64,000 nucleotides of DNA from Christensenella sp. UBA6094 (GCA_002435915.1 DIWY01000003.1:639-64638); one strand, 5' to 3'. Counted from the stretch's first letter, positions 11,834 to 22,655 are shown. Program-made: numbers and translations. The notes: generated by a model not told the origin, from the sequence alone.

Positions 11834-12058
11834 TTGTCTAAAGAAGATGTCATAGAAGTTGAGGGAACCGTTACAGACGCGTATCCCAATGCTATGTTTG
11901 AAGTTGAACTAGAGAACGGGCATAAATTGCTTGCTCACATATCTGGGAAGTTACGTATGAATTTTATAAAAATTCTACCTGGCGATAAAGTCACGGTAGA
12001 GCTTTCCCCTTATGACTTGACAAGAGGACGAATAACGTGGCGTGGAAAAGCTAAATAG
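11834..12058 (+). CDS. infA: Translation initiation factor IF-1
   Basis: TTG start after [19 protein letters not shown]...RGRITWR is canonical IF-1. Confidence 0.96.
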   Translation: MSKEDVIEVEGTVTDAYPNAMFEVELENGHKLLAHISGKLRMNFIKILPGDKVTVELSPYDLTRGRITWRGKAK

Positions 12059-12090
12059 GCTTTTCATGTCTTAATTAAGGAGGCTATAAC

Positions 12091-12204
12091 ATGAAGGTTA
12101 GACCATCTGTCAAACCAATGTGCGAAAAGTGTAAGATAATTAAAAGAAATGGCAAGGTAATGGTTATCTGCCAAAATCCAAAACACAAGCAAAAGCAAGG
12201 TTAA
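12091..12204 (+). CDS. rpmJ: 50S ribosomal protein L36 (bL36)
   Basis: Absent from the ORF track because it is only 37 aa. I read ATG 12091 after AAGGAGG. It translates to [37 protein letters not shown] with a TAA stop at 12202-12204. Confidence 0.95.
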   Translation: MKVRPSVKPMCEKCKIIKRNGKVMVICQNPKHKQKQG

Positions 12205-12308
12205 CATCACTTTATATGGTGCGGCTGTGCAGAAAAAATCTGCAAACTGTATAAATTGAGATAAATATGTCTATTAATCATACAGAATAATGGAGGTGCA
12301 AAACATTT

Positions 12309-12677
12309 ATGGCACGTATTGCTGGAGTAGATCTGCCAAGAGAAAAGAGAGTTGAAGTAGGACTTACTTACATCTATGGTATAGGTCAATCAACTGCTAA
12401 TAAAATATTGGCTGATACTGGCGTTTCTCCTGATGTTAGAGTAAAAGATCTAACAGAAGACGAAGAGAGAAAATTAAGAGAATATATAGATAAGAGCTTA
12501 AATGTTGAGGGCGATTTAAGAAGAGAGGTTACTCTAAATATTAAGCGCCTAGTTGAAATAGGTTGCTATAGAGGTGTTCGCCATAGACGCGGATTACCAG
12601 TTAGAGGCCAAAGCACAAAACAAAATGCTCGTACACGTAAGGGCCCTAAAAAAACCGTTGCAGGTAAAAAGAAGTAG
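12309..12677 (+). CDS. rpsM: 30S ribosomal protein S13 (uS13)
   Basis: [14 protein letters not shown]... is canonical uS13. Confidence 0.97.
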   Translation: MARIAGVDLPREKRVEVGLTYIYGIGQSTANKILADTGVSPDVRVKDLTEDEERKLREYIDKSLNVEGDLRREVTLNIKRLVEIGCYRGVRHRRGLPVRGQSTKQNARTRKGPKKTVAGKKK

Positions 12678-12692
12678 TAGGAGGTTAATAAT

Positions 12693-13088
12693 TTGGCTAA
12701 GTCTAATGTAAAAGGTTCGAAGAGACGCCGCGAGAAAAAGAATATTGAGCGCGGTGCTGTACATATACATTCATCCTTTAATAACACAATCGTTACAGTA
12801 ACAGACGTAGCTGGCAATGCTATTTCTTGGGCTAGTTCTGGCGGTATGGGTTTTAGAGGTTCTAAGAAAAGCACGCCATTTGCTTCGCAAATCGCAGCAG
12901 AAAAGGCGGCAAAAGCAGCTATGGAACACGGTCTTAAGACTGTTGAAGTTTTCGTAAAAGGCCCAGGATCAGGTAGAGAGGCAGCTATACGTGCACTTCA
13001 GGCAGCTGGTCTTGAAGTAAGTCTTATAAAAGATGTTACTCCAATACCACATAACGGCTGTCGTCCACCTAAGCGCAGAAGAGTTTAA
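12693..13088 (+). CDS. rpsK: 30S ribosomal protein S11 (uS11)
   Basis: TTG start after AGGAGG. uS11 core ([15 protein letters not shown]). Confidence 0.96.
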   Translation: MAKSNVKGSKRRREKKNIERGAVHIHSSFNNTIVTVTDVAGNAISWASSGGMGFRGSKKSTPFASQIAAEKAAKAAMEHGLKTVEVFVKGPGSGREAAIRALQAAGLEVSLIKDVTPIPHNGCRPPKRRRV

Positions 13089-13108
13089 GAGAGGGTGGGT
13101 TAGACAAT

Positions 13109-13729
13109 ATGGCAAGATATACAGGACCTGTTTGCAGGTTATGCAGAAGAGAAAACGCAAAACTATTTCTTAAGGGAGATAGATGTTATACACAAAAATG
13201 TTCTTTCACAAAAAGGCCTACGCCTCCAGGGCAGCATGGTCTTACAAAGAGCAAAATTTCTGGATATGGTGTGCAGCTAAGAGAAAAACAAAAAGTGAAA
13301 AGAGCTTATGGGGTTTTAGAATCTCAATTCAGAAAATATTTTGTAATGGCTGAGCATATGAAGGGTATTACAGGTGAAAACCTACTTCAATTGCTTGAGA
13401 GAAGACTTGATAATGTAGTTTACAGAATGGGCTTTGCTGACTCACGTCCGCAGGCAAGACAGCTTGTGTTGCATGAACATTTTACAGTTTCAGGAAAGAA
13501 AGTTAATATACCTTCTTACTTAGTAGCTGTTGACGAAATAGTGCAGGTAAAAGAGTCAAGCAGGCAAATGGAATTATTTAAATCTTTAAAAGATTCCGGT
13601 AAAACGACTCCTTCGTGGATGGATGTAAATCTTGACGCGCTGAACGGCCGAATTACGGCTCTGCCTAAACGTGAGGATATAGATTTGATTCTTCAGGAGC
13701 ATTTAATAGTGGAATTGTACTCAAGATAA
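13109..13729 (+). CDS. rpsD: 30S ribosomal protein S4 (uS4)
   Basis: [15 protein letters not shown]... is a canonical zinc-type uS4 N-terminus. Confidence 0.96.
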   Translation: MARYTGPVCRLCRRENAKLFLKGDRCYTQKCSFTKRPTPPGQHGLTKSKISGYGVQLREKQKVKRAYGVLESQFRKYFVMAEHMKGITGENLLQLLERRLDNVVYRMGFADSRPQARQLVLHEHFTVSGKKVNIPSYLVAVDEIVQVKESSRQMELFKSLKDSGKTTPSWMDVNLDALNGRITALPKREDIDLILQEHLIVELYSR

Positions 13730-13795
13730 TATGCGCTTTAGAGTCAGTTACCCTCAAAACGATACAAATTATGAATAGGAGGGTTATATTCAAGT

Positions 13796-14743
13796 ATGAT
13801 AGAGATAGAAAAACCCAAAATAGAAATTGCAGAGATTAATGAAAACGATATGTATGGTAGATTCGTAGTAGAACCATTAGAGAGAGGCTTTGGTACAACA
13901 CTAGGCAACTCATTAAGAAGAATACTATTATCTTCCTTACCAGGTGTAGCTGTTACGTCAGTTCAAATTGATGGTGTACTCCATGAGTTTTCTACTATCC
14001 CAGGGGTTGTAGAAGATGTTACTGATGTAATACTTAACCTAAAGCAACTTTCCATAAAAATGTATACAGATGAGCCAAAAACCGTTTCAATATATGCAAA
14101 AGGACCTAAAGAGGTTAGAGCTAAGGACATTATTATTGATTCAGAAATAGAAATAGTAAATCCTGAGCTTGTAATTGCAACTATTAACGAAGATGGCGAG
14201 CTAAATATGACGATGACTCTTGAAAAAGGCAGAGGCTATGTTACTGCTGAGCGTAATAAAAAAGATAATCATCCTATAGGGCTTATTCCTACTGATTCCA
14301 TTTTCACACCAATAAGGAAAGTAAACTTTGAAGTCCAAAACACTCGTGTTGGACAAATCACAGACTACGATATGCTTACAGTTGAAGTATGGACTAATGG
14401 CAGTATTAGACCTGATGATGCTATAAGTCTTAGTGCTAAAGTACTAAGCGAACATCTAAAGCTATTCATTAACCTAACAGACAGTGTAAACGAAGTAGAT
14501 ATTATGGTCGAAAAGGAAGAAGACAAAAAAGAAAAAATCCTTGAAATGACTATAGAAGAACTAGATTTATCAGTACGTTCATACAATTGTCTGAAGCGTG
14601 CAAGCATAAATTCTGTAGAAGAATTAGTTCAGCGCAGTGAAACTGAACTGATGAAAGTAAGAAACCTAGGGCGTAGGTCGCTTGAAGAAGTTCAGCAAAA
14701 GCTGGAAGCGTTGGGTCTAGGCCTAAGAAGTAATGACGATTAA
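13796..14743 (+). CDS. rpoA: DNA-directed RNA polymerase subunit alpha
   Basis: 315 aa. N-terminal domain [18 protein letters not shown]-terminal domain [14 protein letters not shown]. Confidence 0.97.
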   Translation: MIEIEKPKIEIAEINENDMYGRFVVEPLERGFGTTLGNSLRRILLSSLPGVAVTSVQIDGVLHEFSTIPGVVEDVTDVILNLKQLSIKMYTDEPKTVSIYAKGPKEVRAKDIIIDSEIEIVNPELVIATINEDGELNMTMTLEKGRGYVTAERNKKDNHPIGLIPTDSIFTPIRKVNFEVQNTRVGQITDYDMLTVEVWTNGSIRPDDAISLSAKVLSEHLKLFINLTDSVNEVDIMVEKEEDKKEKILEMTIEELDLSVRSYNCLKRASINSVEELVQRSETELMKVRNLGRRSLEEVQQKLEALGLGLRSNDD

Positions 14744-14768
14744 GCGTACATAAGGAGGAGAAATAATA

Positions 14769-15281
14769 ATGGCTTCATATAGAAAGCTCAATAGGCGTTC
14801 TGATCAAAGAAATGCGATGCTAAGAGGTCTTGTTACAGAGTTCTTATGGAACGGCAAACTAGTAACAACGCAAGCAAGAGCAAAAGAAGTGCAAAGTATA
14901 GCTGAAAAGTTTATAACAAGCGCTATAAAAGAACATGAAAATATATTAATGGTAAAAAAGGATGTTAAAGATACTAGCGGTAAAGTTGTATCTATGGAAG
15001 TAAGAAACGATGCTCCAAGCAAACTGCATGCAAGAAGGAAGATGATGTCTTACCTTTACAACAGGCAAGAGCTAAAATCTAAGGATGAGAACAGAGTAGA
15101 TTACAAAAATAGAACAGCAGCTGTTAAGCATCCTTTAATCGAAAAGATATTTGGCGAATATGGCCCTAAATATGCTCAAAGAGCTAAAGATAAGGGACAG
15201 GGCGGCGGATATACCCGTATAATCAAACTTGGTCAACGCCGTGGCGATGCTACGGAAATGGTACTACTTGAACTCGTTTGA
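14769..15281 (+). CDS. rplQ: 50S ribosomal protein L17 (bL17), extended 170-aa form
   Basis: The ends match bL17 ([21 protein letters not shown]...[25 protein letters not shown]). It is about 50 aa longer than the ~120 aa Bacillus form through internal insertions. Confidence 0.93.
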   Translation: MASYRKLNRRSDQRNAMLRGLVTEFLWNGKLVTTQARAKEVQSIAEKFITSAIKEHENILMVKKDVKDTSGKVVSMEVRNDAPSKLHARRKMMSYLYNRQELKSKDENRVDYKNRTAAVKHPLIEKIFGEYGPKYAQRAKDKGQGGGYTRIIKLGQRRGDATEMVLLELV

Positions 15282-15554
15282 TGTTTTAGCATAAGTATAT
15301 TGATGGGACTGGAGGCTATGTAGCTTATCGCTTCATGCAATCTGGTCTTTTCTTTATATGGATTTATATATTATATTTGATGAATTTTACTAGCGTTATC
15401 AATAGAAAGTTATATATATGATGCGCCTTGGTTGACGCTGATTTTAAAACGGATGCATAACTGGTCATTAATAAATCAGCAAACTGATCCTCTTAAGTTC
15501 TATGCAGATATCGTATAATAAAAAAATAAGCCTATTTTCGTAATGGGAGAACAT

Positions 15555-16394
15555 ATGGAAATTATTGAAACAAATGAGTTAGGGTTTACCTACCCTTCGA
15601 ATGAAGATCAGGTGGTAACTCCTGCACTTAAAGACATAAACATAAAGATTAAAAAAGGCGAGTTCGTTAGCATTGTTGGCGAAAACGGCTCTGGTAAATC
15701 TACGCTTGCTAAGCATTTTAATACGCTTAATATCCCGACTGAAGGCATTTGTTATGTTCTTAGTTATAACACTGCCGATGAAAGTAAGAAGTGGGATATA
15801 CGTAAAGAAGTAGGCATGGTATTTCAAAATCCGGATAACCAGATTGTAGCTACTATTGTCGAAGAAGATGTTGCCTTTGGCCCAGAGAACTTGGGAATGC
15901 CTCAAGAAAACATTCGGCTAGAAGTGGATAAAGCTTTAAGAGTCGTTGGCATGGAGGATTTTGCAAAAAAAGAACCGCACATGCTTTCTGGCGGACAAAA
16001 GCAGCGTGTTGCAATAGCAGGTATACTTGCTATGAATCCTGCTGTCATAGTGTTTGATGAAGCGACTGCGATGCTTGACCCTAAGGGTAAGCGCGAAGTC
16101 ATGGAAACAGCACATATGCTAAACAAAGAGCAAGGCATTACTATAATAAATATAACGCATTTCATGGAAGAAGTTGTGTATTCAGATAGAGTCATCGTGC
16201 TAAATAACGGTGAGTTATATATGGAAGGTACACCTCAAGAGGTGTTTGCAAAAGAGAAAGAAATAGTATCAGTTGGCTTAGAGCTTCCTTTGGCTGCAAA
16301 ACTTGCATCTCTTCTTCGTAGTAAAGGTGTTAATATTAGTGAAAACGTGCTTACGTTAGAGGAGATGGTGAAACAACTATGTCCATTAATATAA
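15555..16394 (+). CDS. ecfA1: ECF transporter energy-coupling ATPase EcfA1
   Basis: Walker A GENGSGKST, signature LSGGQKQR, Walker B IVFDE. Start taken at ATG 15555 after GGGAGA; the track ATG at 15543 is an alternative. Confidence 0.9.
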   Translation: MEIIETNELGFTYPSNEDQVVTPALKDINIKIKKGEFVSIVGENGSGKSTLAKHFNTLNIPTEGICYVLSYNTADESKKWDIRKEVGMVFQNPDNQIVATIVEEDVAFGPENLGMPQENIRLEVDKALRVVGMEDFAKKEPHMLSGGQKQRVAIAGILAMNPAVIVFDEATAMLDPKGKREVMETAHMLNKEQGITIINITHFMEEVVYSDRVIVLNNGELYMEGTPQEVFAKEKEIVSVGLELPLAAKLASLLRSKGVNISENVLTLEEMVKQLCPLI

Positions 16395-17239
16395 AAAATG
16401 TTTCGTTTATATATATGCCAAATACTCCGTATGAAGCTAAGGCTCTTGATGATATTAACCTTGACATAAACGATGGTGAATTTATTGGGCTAATTGGACA
16501 AACAGGTTCTGGCAAATCCACACTTCTGCAGCATTTTAATGGTCTATTAAAGCCTGCTACAGGTCAAGTGCTCATAAACGGAAGAAATATAGCAGAAAAA
16601 GCTCCAGATATAAAAAGACTATGTGCAAATGTTGGACTTGTTTTCCAATATCCAGAATATCAGCTGTTTGAAGAAACAGTGTATAAAGATATTGCATTTG
16701 GCCCTAAAAATCTAGGCTATGATCAGATAGAGATAGATAGACGCGTTAGAGACTCTCTTGAGCTCGTAGAGATGGATTTTGAAGAAATAGCAGATAAATC
16801 TCCATTTGAATTATCTGGCGGCCAAAAAAGACGCGTTGCTCTTGCAGGGATACTTGCAATGAATCCATCAACGCTAATTCTAGATGAGCCTATGGCTGGG
16901 CTTGATCCACAAGGAAGATTTTCCACAATGAAACTGCTAAAGAAAATGAACGAAGCAGGAAAAACAATCATAATGGTTTCGCATTATATGGATGATGTTG
17001 CCCTTTTGTGTAACAGAGTCATTGTAATGAACGAAGGTAAAATCGTTAAAGATGACAGTGCAGAAGTGGTGTTTTCAGACCAAGAGTATTTAATAAATAT
17101 GGGACTCGATATTCCTTTTGCAGCGCATGTAGCATACGAGCTGAATAAATTAGGAAAACAGATTCAGAGTGCCTTAAACGTAACGGAACTTTCAGAAATA
17201 ATTTTGGATAAGATTAATAGCGATAAAAAGCTGTTATAA
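16379..17239 (+). CDS. ecfA2: ECF transporter energy-coupling ATPase EcfA2
   Basis: Walker A GQTGSGKST, signature LSGGQKRR, Walker B LILDE. Overlaps ecfA1 by 16 nt. Confidence 0.9.
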   Translation: MSINIKNVSFIYMPNTPYEAKALDDINLDINDGEFIGLIGQTGSGKSTLLQHFNGLLKPATGQVLINGRNIAEKAPDIKRLCANVGLVFQYPEYQLFEETVYKDIAFGPKNLGYDQIEIDRRVRDSLELVEMDFEEIADKSPFELSGGQKRRVALAGILAMNPSTLILDEPMAGLDPQGRFSTMKLLKKMNEAGKTIIMVSHYMDDVALLCNRVIVMNEGKIVKDDSAEVVFSDQEYLINMGLDIPFAAHVAYELNKLGKQIQSALNVTELSEIILDKINSDKKLL

Positions 17240-17253
17240 TGTGAAGGTAAAAG

Positions 17254-18051
17254 ATGCTTAAAAATATAACGATCGGACAATACTACGCGGGCGATTCATT
17301 AATACACAAACTAGATCCTAGAACAAAGTTTGTTATCACGCTTGCATTCATAATATTTATATTTTTCATTAAGACTTATTTGGGATATTTAGCTTTAGCT
17401 GCTTTTATGGCAATAACCATATTACTAAGCAGTGTGCCTTTTATTTATATTTTAAGAGGGCTGAAACCACTTATTGCCTTTATTTTGCTTACATTTATAA
17501 TTAATGTGTTTTTTACAAGTGGAGAAACAGTTGTTTTTCGGCTATGGTTTATTACAATAACTTGGGAAGGACTTAACCTAGCAATCTTTATGGCCCTGAG
17601 GCTTGTATTCTTGCTTGTGTGCACATCAATTCTTACCCTCACAACACCTCCTACCGCACTTACAGATGGCTTAGAGAGCTTAATGATGCCTCTTACAAAG
17701 ATTAATTTTCCAGCCCACGAACTTGCGATGATGATGACGATAGCATTAAGATTTATTCCAACACTTATGGATGAGGCAGATAAGATAATAAAAGCACAAA
17801 CAGCTAGAGGCGCTGACTTCACAACAGGTAGCTTAGCAAACAGAGCAAAAAACATTATTCCAATACTAATACCACTTTTTGTTAGCGCATTTAGAAGAGC
17901 AGGAGAGCTTGCAAATGCTATGGAATCAAGATGCTATAGAGGTGGAGAAGGCAGAACACATCTTAAGCAATTAAAGGTTAGCAGTATAGATTATATGGCG
18001 TATGGGCTTAGTGCCATGTTCGTTGTTGGGATTATTGTTGGAGGGTTCTAA
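17254..18051 (+). CDS. ecfT: ECF transporter transmembrane component EcfT
   Basis: Polytopic membrane protein with a conserved ARG coupling-helix motif (KAQTARGADF). Follows the two EcfA genes. Confidence 0.9.
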   Translation: MLKNITIGQYYAGDSLIHKLDPRTKFVITLAFIIFIFFIKTYLGYLALAAFMAITILLSSVPFIYILRGLKPLIAFILLTFIINVFFTSGETVVFRLWFITITWEGLNLAIFMALRLVFLLVCTSILTLTTPPTALTDGLESLMMPLTKINFPAHELAMMMTIALRFIPTLMDEADKIIKAQTARGADFTTGSLANRAKNIIPILIPLFVSAFRRAGELANAMESRCYRGGEGRTHLKQLKVSSIDYMAYGLSAMFVVGIIVGGF

Positions 18052-18845
18052 TGAAAACAGCAATTGTTATAGAATATGATGGCACAAAATACGTTGGGTG
18101 GCAGAGACAGGAAAACGGTCTGTCTATTCAGCAAGTTGTAGAGCAAGCTCTTAGTAAGATTGAAAAGAGAAAAATAGCAATTGTTGGAGCTGGAAGAACA
18201 GACGCAGGAGTTCACGCTATCGGTCAAGTAGCACATATCAATTGCAAACTCTCCGTTCCAGCAAGCGGACTTAGTATGGCGCTAAACAAGTATTTACCAG
18301 ACGATATTAGTATAAAGAATGCATATGAGGTGCCTGATGACTTTCACGCAAGAAAGAGCGCACAGGCAAAATGGTACAGATATGTTTTTTTTAATGGTAA
18401 AAAAGAGAGCGTTTTTTATAATAAGACAAGTGTTCATATAAGAAACAAAATAGATATTGATCTCATGAATGAATCATTGCAATATCTATTAGGTACGCAT
18501 GATTTTAAAGGATTCATGACTACTAGCTCGAAAATACTTAACACAGAAAGAACGATATATGAAGTCCGTGCATTTAAAGACGGAGATTATGTTATAATAG
18601 ACATATTAGGTAGCGGATTTCTATATAATATGATGCGCATAATTGCGGGTACTACTATTAAAATAGCTTTGCATAAAGCGCAGCCAATATGGATTAAACA
18701 GATTATCGACGAAGCCGATAGATCCATTGCTGGAAAGAAGCTTGATGCAAAAGGACTTATGCTTATGCACATATATTACGATGATTCTTATAAAGAAGGG
18801 TTACCTAAGGAAAAAACAGCATATATCGCTCGTTATTTTATTTAA
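18051..18845 (+). CDS. truA: tRNA pseudouridine(38-40) synthase TruA
   Basis: YDGTKYVGWQRQ and the catalytic GAGRTDAGVHA motif. Canonical position after the ecf genes. Confidence 0.94.
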   Translation: MKTAIVIEYDGTKYVGWQRQENGLSIQQVVEQALSKIEKRKIAIVGAGRTDAGVHAIGQVAHINCKLSVPASGLSMALNKYLPDDISIKNAYEVPDDFHARKSAQAKWYRYVFFNGKKESVFYNKTSVHIRNKIDIDLMNESLQYLLGTHDFKGFMTTSSKILNTERTIYEVRAFKDGDYVIIDILGSGFLYNMMRIIAGTTIKIALHKAQPIWIKQIIDEADRSIAGKKLDAKGLMLMHIYYDDSYKEGLPKEKTAYIARYFI

Positions 18846-18848
18846 TTA

Positions 18849-18877
18849 CTTGACACGCTCGTGTTATTTATATAAAA
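18849..18877 (+). promoter_or_regulatory. Sigma-A type promoter of rplM-rpsI (TTGACA-17-TAAAAT), followed by an ~85 nt leader
   Basis: TTGACA at 18849-18854, a 17-nt spacer, then TAAAAT at 18872-18877. The leader contains an ATTCTAT/ATAGAAT stem. It may be an L13-type ribosomal leader, but I cannot verify that by eye. Confidence 0.6.
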
Positions 18878-18962
18878 TATTATTTGCGTAATTCTATGCC
18901 CACAGCCCCGGGTGTAGTTTTAATAGAATCGAAATATAACCAGTTTGAGAGGAGTTCCATCT

Positions 18963-19394
18963 ATGAAGACCTTCATGGCAAAAGGTGAAACCGTTGAAAG
19001 AAAATGGTATGTAATAGATGCTAACGGAAAAGTGCTAGGAAGACTAGCATCACAAGTAGCAGTCATACTACGAGGTAAGCATAAACCTATTTATACACCT
19101 CATGTTGATACGGGAGATCACGTCATTATAATAAATGCAGAGAAAATAAGACTAACAGGTAGAAAACTAGACCAAAAGACATACAAGAGTCACAGTGGCT
19201 ATCAAGGTGGTCTAAAAGAAATTACATATAGAAGATTAATCGATGAAAAACCTGAATTTGCTATTCAGAATGCAGTAAAAGGTATGCTACCTCATTCAAA
19301 ATTAGGACGCCAGATGATTAAAAAGCTTATCGTTTACAAAGGCGACCAGCATAATCAGCAGGCACAGCAACCCGTAACGTTAGAAATAGAGTAA
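18963..19394 (+). CDS. rplM: 50S ribosomal protein L13 (uL13)
   Basis: The track starts at 18945. ATG 18963 after GAGAGGAG gives the canonical [20 protein letters not shown]... Confidence 0.95.
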   Translation: MKTFMAKGETVERKWYVIDANGKVLGRLASQVAVILRGKHKPIYTPHVDTGDHVIIINAEKIRLTGRKLDQKTYKSHSGYQGGLKEITYRRLIDEKPEFAIQNAVKGMLPHSKLGRQMIKKLIVYKGDQHNQQAQQPVTLEIE

Positions 19395-19408
19395 GGAGGT
19401 AGTAAAAA

Positions 19409-19801
19409 ATGGCTATAACACAGTTTTTAGGAACAGGTAGAAGAAAAGAATCTGTTGCACGCGTTAGGTTAGTTCCTGGCAAAGGCAAAATAACGATAAA
19501 CAATAGAGACATCGAAAATTTCTTTGGTCTTGATACATTAAAGATGATTGTAAGATCACCTCTTAAAGTAACTGAGACAGGTGATAAATACGATGTACTT
19601 GTAAATGTATATGGCGGCGGAACAACAGGCCAAGCAGGCGCTATAAGACACGGAATAGCAAGAGCACTATTGGAAGTTGACGCAGAACTACGTCCTGTAC
19701 TCAAAAAGAATGGCTTTTTAACACGTGACCCACGTATGAAGGAAAGAAAGAAATACGGCTTAAAGGCAGCACGTAGAGCGCCACAGTTCTCAAAGAGATA
19801 A
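19409..19801 (+). CDS. rpsI: 30S ribosomal protein S9 (uS9)
   Basis: Ends with the canonical ...[18 protein letters not shown]. Confidence 0.96.
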   Translation: MAITQFLGTGRRKESVARVRLVPGKGKITINNRDIENFFGLDTLKMIVRSPLKVTETGDKYDVLVNVYGGGTTGQAGAIRHGIARALLEVDAELRPVLKKNGFLTRDPRMKERKKYGLKAARRAPQFSKR

Positions 19802-19816
19802 TATATACGAATTCAG

Positions 19817-19849
19817 AAACCTCTCAAACATTTTGTTTGAGAGGTTTTT
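19817..19849 (+). terminator. Rho-independent terminator of rplM-rpsI
   Basis: Perfect 13-bp stem AAACCTCTCAAAC / GTTTGAGAGGTTT with loop ATTTT, then a T-run. Confidence 0.9.
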
Positions 19850-20078
19850 CGCTGCACCATAAAATCTAAGCATATATAGGTTGATGTTGGTTTGGGTTTG
19901 CAAAATAAATATAATATTAATGAGATTTATCTATACTATTAAAGGATCATTAGCGATATAATAAATTTATGCCGTTTTATGATGGTAGACAAAAATAAAT
20001 TTTTTTGATAACCTTTATAAATTGACAAGATTTAACAAAATCTAATAATTGACTTATTGTCGTGCAAAAAGGAGAAAC

Positions 20079-21068
20079 ATGAAAAAAGCATATATAGGTA
20101 TAATTGCAGCAAGCGTACTGTACGGAATTGGTCCTACACTTATAAAAATGGCATTAATTACTGGTATTGAAGCGGACTCGGCCATGTTTTTTAATTTTTT
20201 TATTTCAGCAATATTATCTTTTGCGATCATTAAAATCAAACATATAAAACTAAAAGTTACAAAACGGCAGCTTATAGAACTATTTTTGTTCGGCATATTG
20301 GGTATGTCAGTAACAGTTATGTTATTGACATATTCATACCAATACATCCCAACTGGACTGGCAACAATGCTACATTTTGCATATCCTGTTGTAGTAACAA
20401 TAATAATGGCTACATTATTTCGCGAAAAAATTCAACCAATAAGCATAGCTGCGATATTTATTGCAATAGCCGGCCTTTTCATAGTAACTGATTTGGGCGC
20501 TCTAAGCGGTAACAATGTTTTACAAGGTGTAGCATTTGCGCTGCTGTCAAGCATCACATATGGATCGTATATAATTGCAAACAAAAAGGCTTCATTTAGT
20601 TCTTTGAATCCATTTGTTGTTGTGTTTTATATAGATATTTTTGCTGCCGCATTCACATTTATAAACGGAGCTGCAAAACATACGCTTATGATGCCACCTG
20701 CAATAGTCACATGGGTTTATCTGATTACACTTGCTATATTTTGTTCACTTACAGCCCTTGCTTTGTTTGCATATTCGACAAGAATAATTGGGCCTGTAAA
20801 AACTTCTGTTATAAATATGCTAGAACCTATAACAAGTGTAGTTGTATCAGTTATAGTATTTAGCGATCCATTTTCAATACGAACGGTAATTGGAGTGATA
20901 CTAATTATAGGAGCATCACTACTTATAACACTTATTGGAAACAAAAACAAAGACGATAGTACAAAGAACGAAGATGATGAAAGCATAGAAGATGCTTGCT
21001 CATATAAACAATGTAATTTTGAGGAAGCAACAGGCAATGTTGCTATAGAAGAACATCATCTGAAATAA
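20079..21068 (+). CDS. EamA/DMT-family permease
   Basis: Ten-TM-like hydrophobic profile typical of the duplicated EamA domain. Start moved from track position 20049 to ATG 20079 after AAAAGGAGA. Acidic C-terminal tail. Confidence 0.8.
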   Translation: MKKAYIGIIAASVLYGIGPTLIKMALITGIEADSAMFFNFFISAILSFAIIKIKHIKLKVTKRQLIELFLFGILGMSVTVMLLTYSYQYIPTGLATMLHFAYPVVVTIIMATLFREKIQPISIAAIFIAIAGLFIVTDLGALSGNNVLQGVAFALLSSITYGSYIIANKKASFSSLNPFVVVFYIDIFAAAFTFINGAAKHTLMMPPAIVTWVYLITLAIFCSLTALALFAYSTRIIGPVKTSVINMLEPITSVVVSVIVFSDPFSIRTVIGVILIIGASLLITLIGNKNKDDSTKNEDDESIEDACSYKQCNFEEATGNVAIEEHHLK

Positions 21069-21118
21069 TCTTGATGAGTATTTTCCTAAGTTTTAGTTTT
21101 GCTTTTTTGAAAAAAGTT

Positions 21119-21151
21119 AAAACCTTCAAACGTTTTGTTTGAGGGTTTTTT
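21119..21151 (+). terminator. Rho-independent terminator
   Basis: AAAACCTTCAAAC / GTTTGAGGGTTTT stem (one T-G wobble) with loop GTTTT, then a T-run. Confidence 0.85.
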
Positions 21152-21433
21152 GTTTATATAAAATTAAATAGTAAAGGACAAAATATATTTGCAACAAACT
21201 AACTGGAAAAGTATATAGATATCAATATTTGTAAAATATAATTAATTAAATCAGAGATGCTAAAGCCATATTAATTTACATAGAGGAGATAATAGCTTTG
21301 TTTATAATAAATAAAAACTAAAAAACTTTTATTATTGATACACTAAGGCTTATACGATAGTAAGTTATATTTCCATATGGTATAGTGGGCTTGTAACATT
21401 TTATAATACAAATCAAAACTGGGAGGGTACGCA

Positions 21434-22363
21434 TTGAAATATAAAGATTATTATGAGATTCTTGGCGTTAAAAAAGATGCAACCCAGGATGATATAAAAA
21501 AAGCTTTTAGAAAACTTGCAAAAAAGCATCACCCTGATGCAAATCCAAATAATAAGGCAGCCGAAGAAAAGTTTAAAGAAATTAATGAGGCAAACGAAGT
21601 ACTTGGAGATGCCAGTAAAAGAAAGAAATACGACGACTTAGCAAACGATGTTAAATTTCAGAATGGTTATGATTTTGATCCTGCACAAGCGGGTTACGGT
21701 AATGTGAAAACTGAATACAGATCAACTTCGCAAAACGATTTTAGTGATTTTTTTAATGCGTTTTTTGGCGGAGGCCATACTAATATGGATGATATTTTTG
21801 GCGGAGGCGCTTCTGGGGGCAGACACACAAGGTCATTTGCTCAAGATGGTGGAGATGTGGAAGCTGAAATTAGTATAACTCTTAAAGAAGCTTTCAACGG
21901 AATCGAAAAGAAGGTTAATCTAAAAAGTAATACTACAGAAAAAACTATTTCTTTTAAAATCCCAGCTGGAATAAAAGAAGGCGGAAAAATAAAGCTTTCT
22001 GGGCAAGGAGAAAAGGGAGTTAATGGCGGAAGTAATGGCGATCTATTGATAAAGATAAATTTTATCGTAGACGCAAAATTTGCGATAAAAGAACTTGATC
22101 TTGAAACAACACTTGAACTTATGCCATGGGATGCAGCACTAGGGAGTGATGCTACGGTAGAAACTATAGATGGTAAGATCATGGTAAAAACTCCGGCCGG
22201 TATTCAAACAGATAAAAAAATAAGGGTAGTTGGTAAAGGCTATAAAGATACGCATGGGCGACGTGGCGATCTTTATATTAGGGTTAAAATCGTAAATCCT
22301 AGGATTTTGAGTGACGAGTTAAAGGCAGAATATTTGAAGATTAAAAACGGAGAAAAGAAGTAA
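21434..22363 (+). CDS. Class II J-domain co-chaperone (CbpA/DnaJ-like, no zinc finger)
   Basis: TTG start after GGGAGGG. J-domain with an HPD motif (KKHHPDANP). G/F-rich linker. DnaJ C-terminal beta domains. No CxxCxGxG repeats. Confidence 0.88.
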   Translation: MKYKDYYEILGVKKDATQDDIKKAFRKLAKKHHPDANPNNKAAEEKFKEINEANEVLGDASKRKKYDDLANDVKFQNGYDFDPAQAGYGNVKTEYRSTSQNDFSDFFNAFFGGGHTNMDDIFGGGASGGRHTRSFAQDGGDVEAEISITLKEAFNGIEKKVNLKSNTTEKTISFKIPAGIKEGGKIKLSGQGEKGVNGGSNGDLLIKINFIVDAKFAIKELDLETTLELMPWDAALGSDATVETIDGKIMVKTPAGIQTDKKIRVVGKGYKDTHGRRGDLYIRVKIVNPRILSDELKAEYLKIKNGEKK

Positions 22364-22514
22364 ATACCCTTTTATTATATAGTCGCATATGAACGCGCAA
22401 GCTTATAATTTTGCCGGATTTAAGTACTTAAAGAAATATATTTTATCAAGAGTGCTACCTGTTTATTTATCTTGTAAAGATGACAAAACGGGAGAGGCAC
22501 TCTTTTTGAAGGAT

Positions 22515-22543
22515 TTGACATTTAATTATGACGATGATATAGT
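22515..22543 (+). promoter_or_regulatory. Consensus-like sigma-A promoter (TTGACA-17-TATAGT)
   Basis: TTGACA at 22515-22520, a 17-nt spacer, then TATAGT at 22538-22543, read directly from the sequence. Confidence 0.7.
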
Positions 22544-22550
22544 TAATGCA

Positions 22551-22577
22551 TTAGCACTCATTAGTGCAGAGTGCCAA
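22551..22577 (+). promoter_or_regulatory. CIRCE element (HrcA operator)
   Basis: TTAGCACTC-ATTAGTGCA-GAGTGCCAA matches 17 of 18 positions of the consensus TTAGCACTC-N9-GAGTGCTAA. It begins 7 nt after the -10 box. Confidence 0.8.
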
Positions 22578-22602
22578 AACATAAAAGCGAATAGAAATTC
22601 TA

Positions 22603-22655
22603 AAAGTGACTTTAACAAAAGCACTTCTAATAGTCACTTTATGTGACTTTTTTTT
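22603..22655 (+). terminator. Three-segment terminator/antiterminator-like element
   Basis: AAAGTGACT (22603-22611) pairs with AGTCACTTT (22632-22640). Alternatively AGTCAC (22632-22637) pairs with GTGACT (22643-22648), which runs into eight T residues (22648-22655). Confidence 0.5.

Noticed and set aside
15282-15554. 273-nt gap between rplQ and ecfA1, checked for a riboswitch or small RNA.
   Set aside because: I found only a wobble-rich possible rplQ terminator (GGGACTGGA...TCTGGTCTT plus T-rich tail), one 8-bp stem (GCTGATTT/AAATCAGC), and a weak promoter. No recognisable conserved RNA core.
22389-22646. 85-aa track ORF downstream of the J-protein gene; briefly considered as a CbpM/MerR-like co-chaperone modulator.
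   Set aside because: It has no Shine-Dalgarno sequence, unlike almost every real gene here. It shows no resemblance to CbpM/MerR. Its span is better explained by non-coding elements: a stem plus T-run, a consensus promoter, CIRCE, and a terminator/antiterminator.
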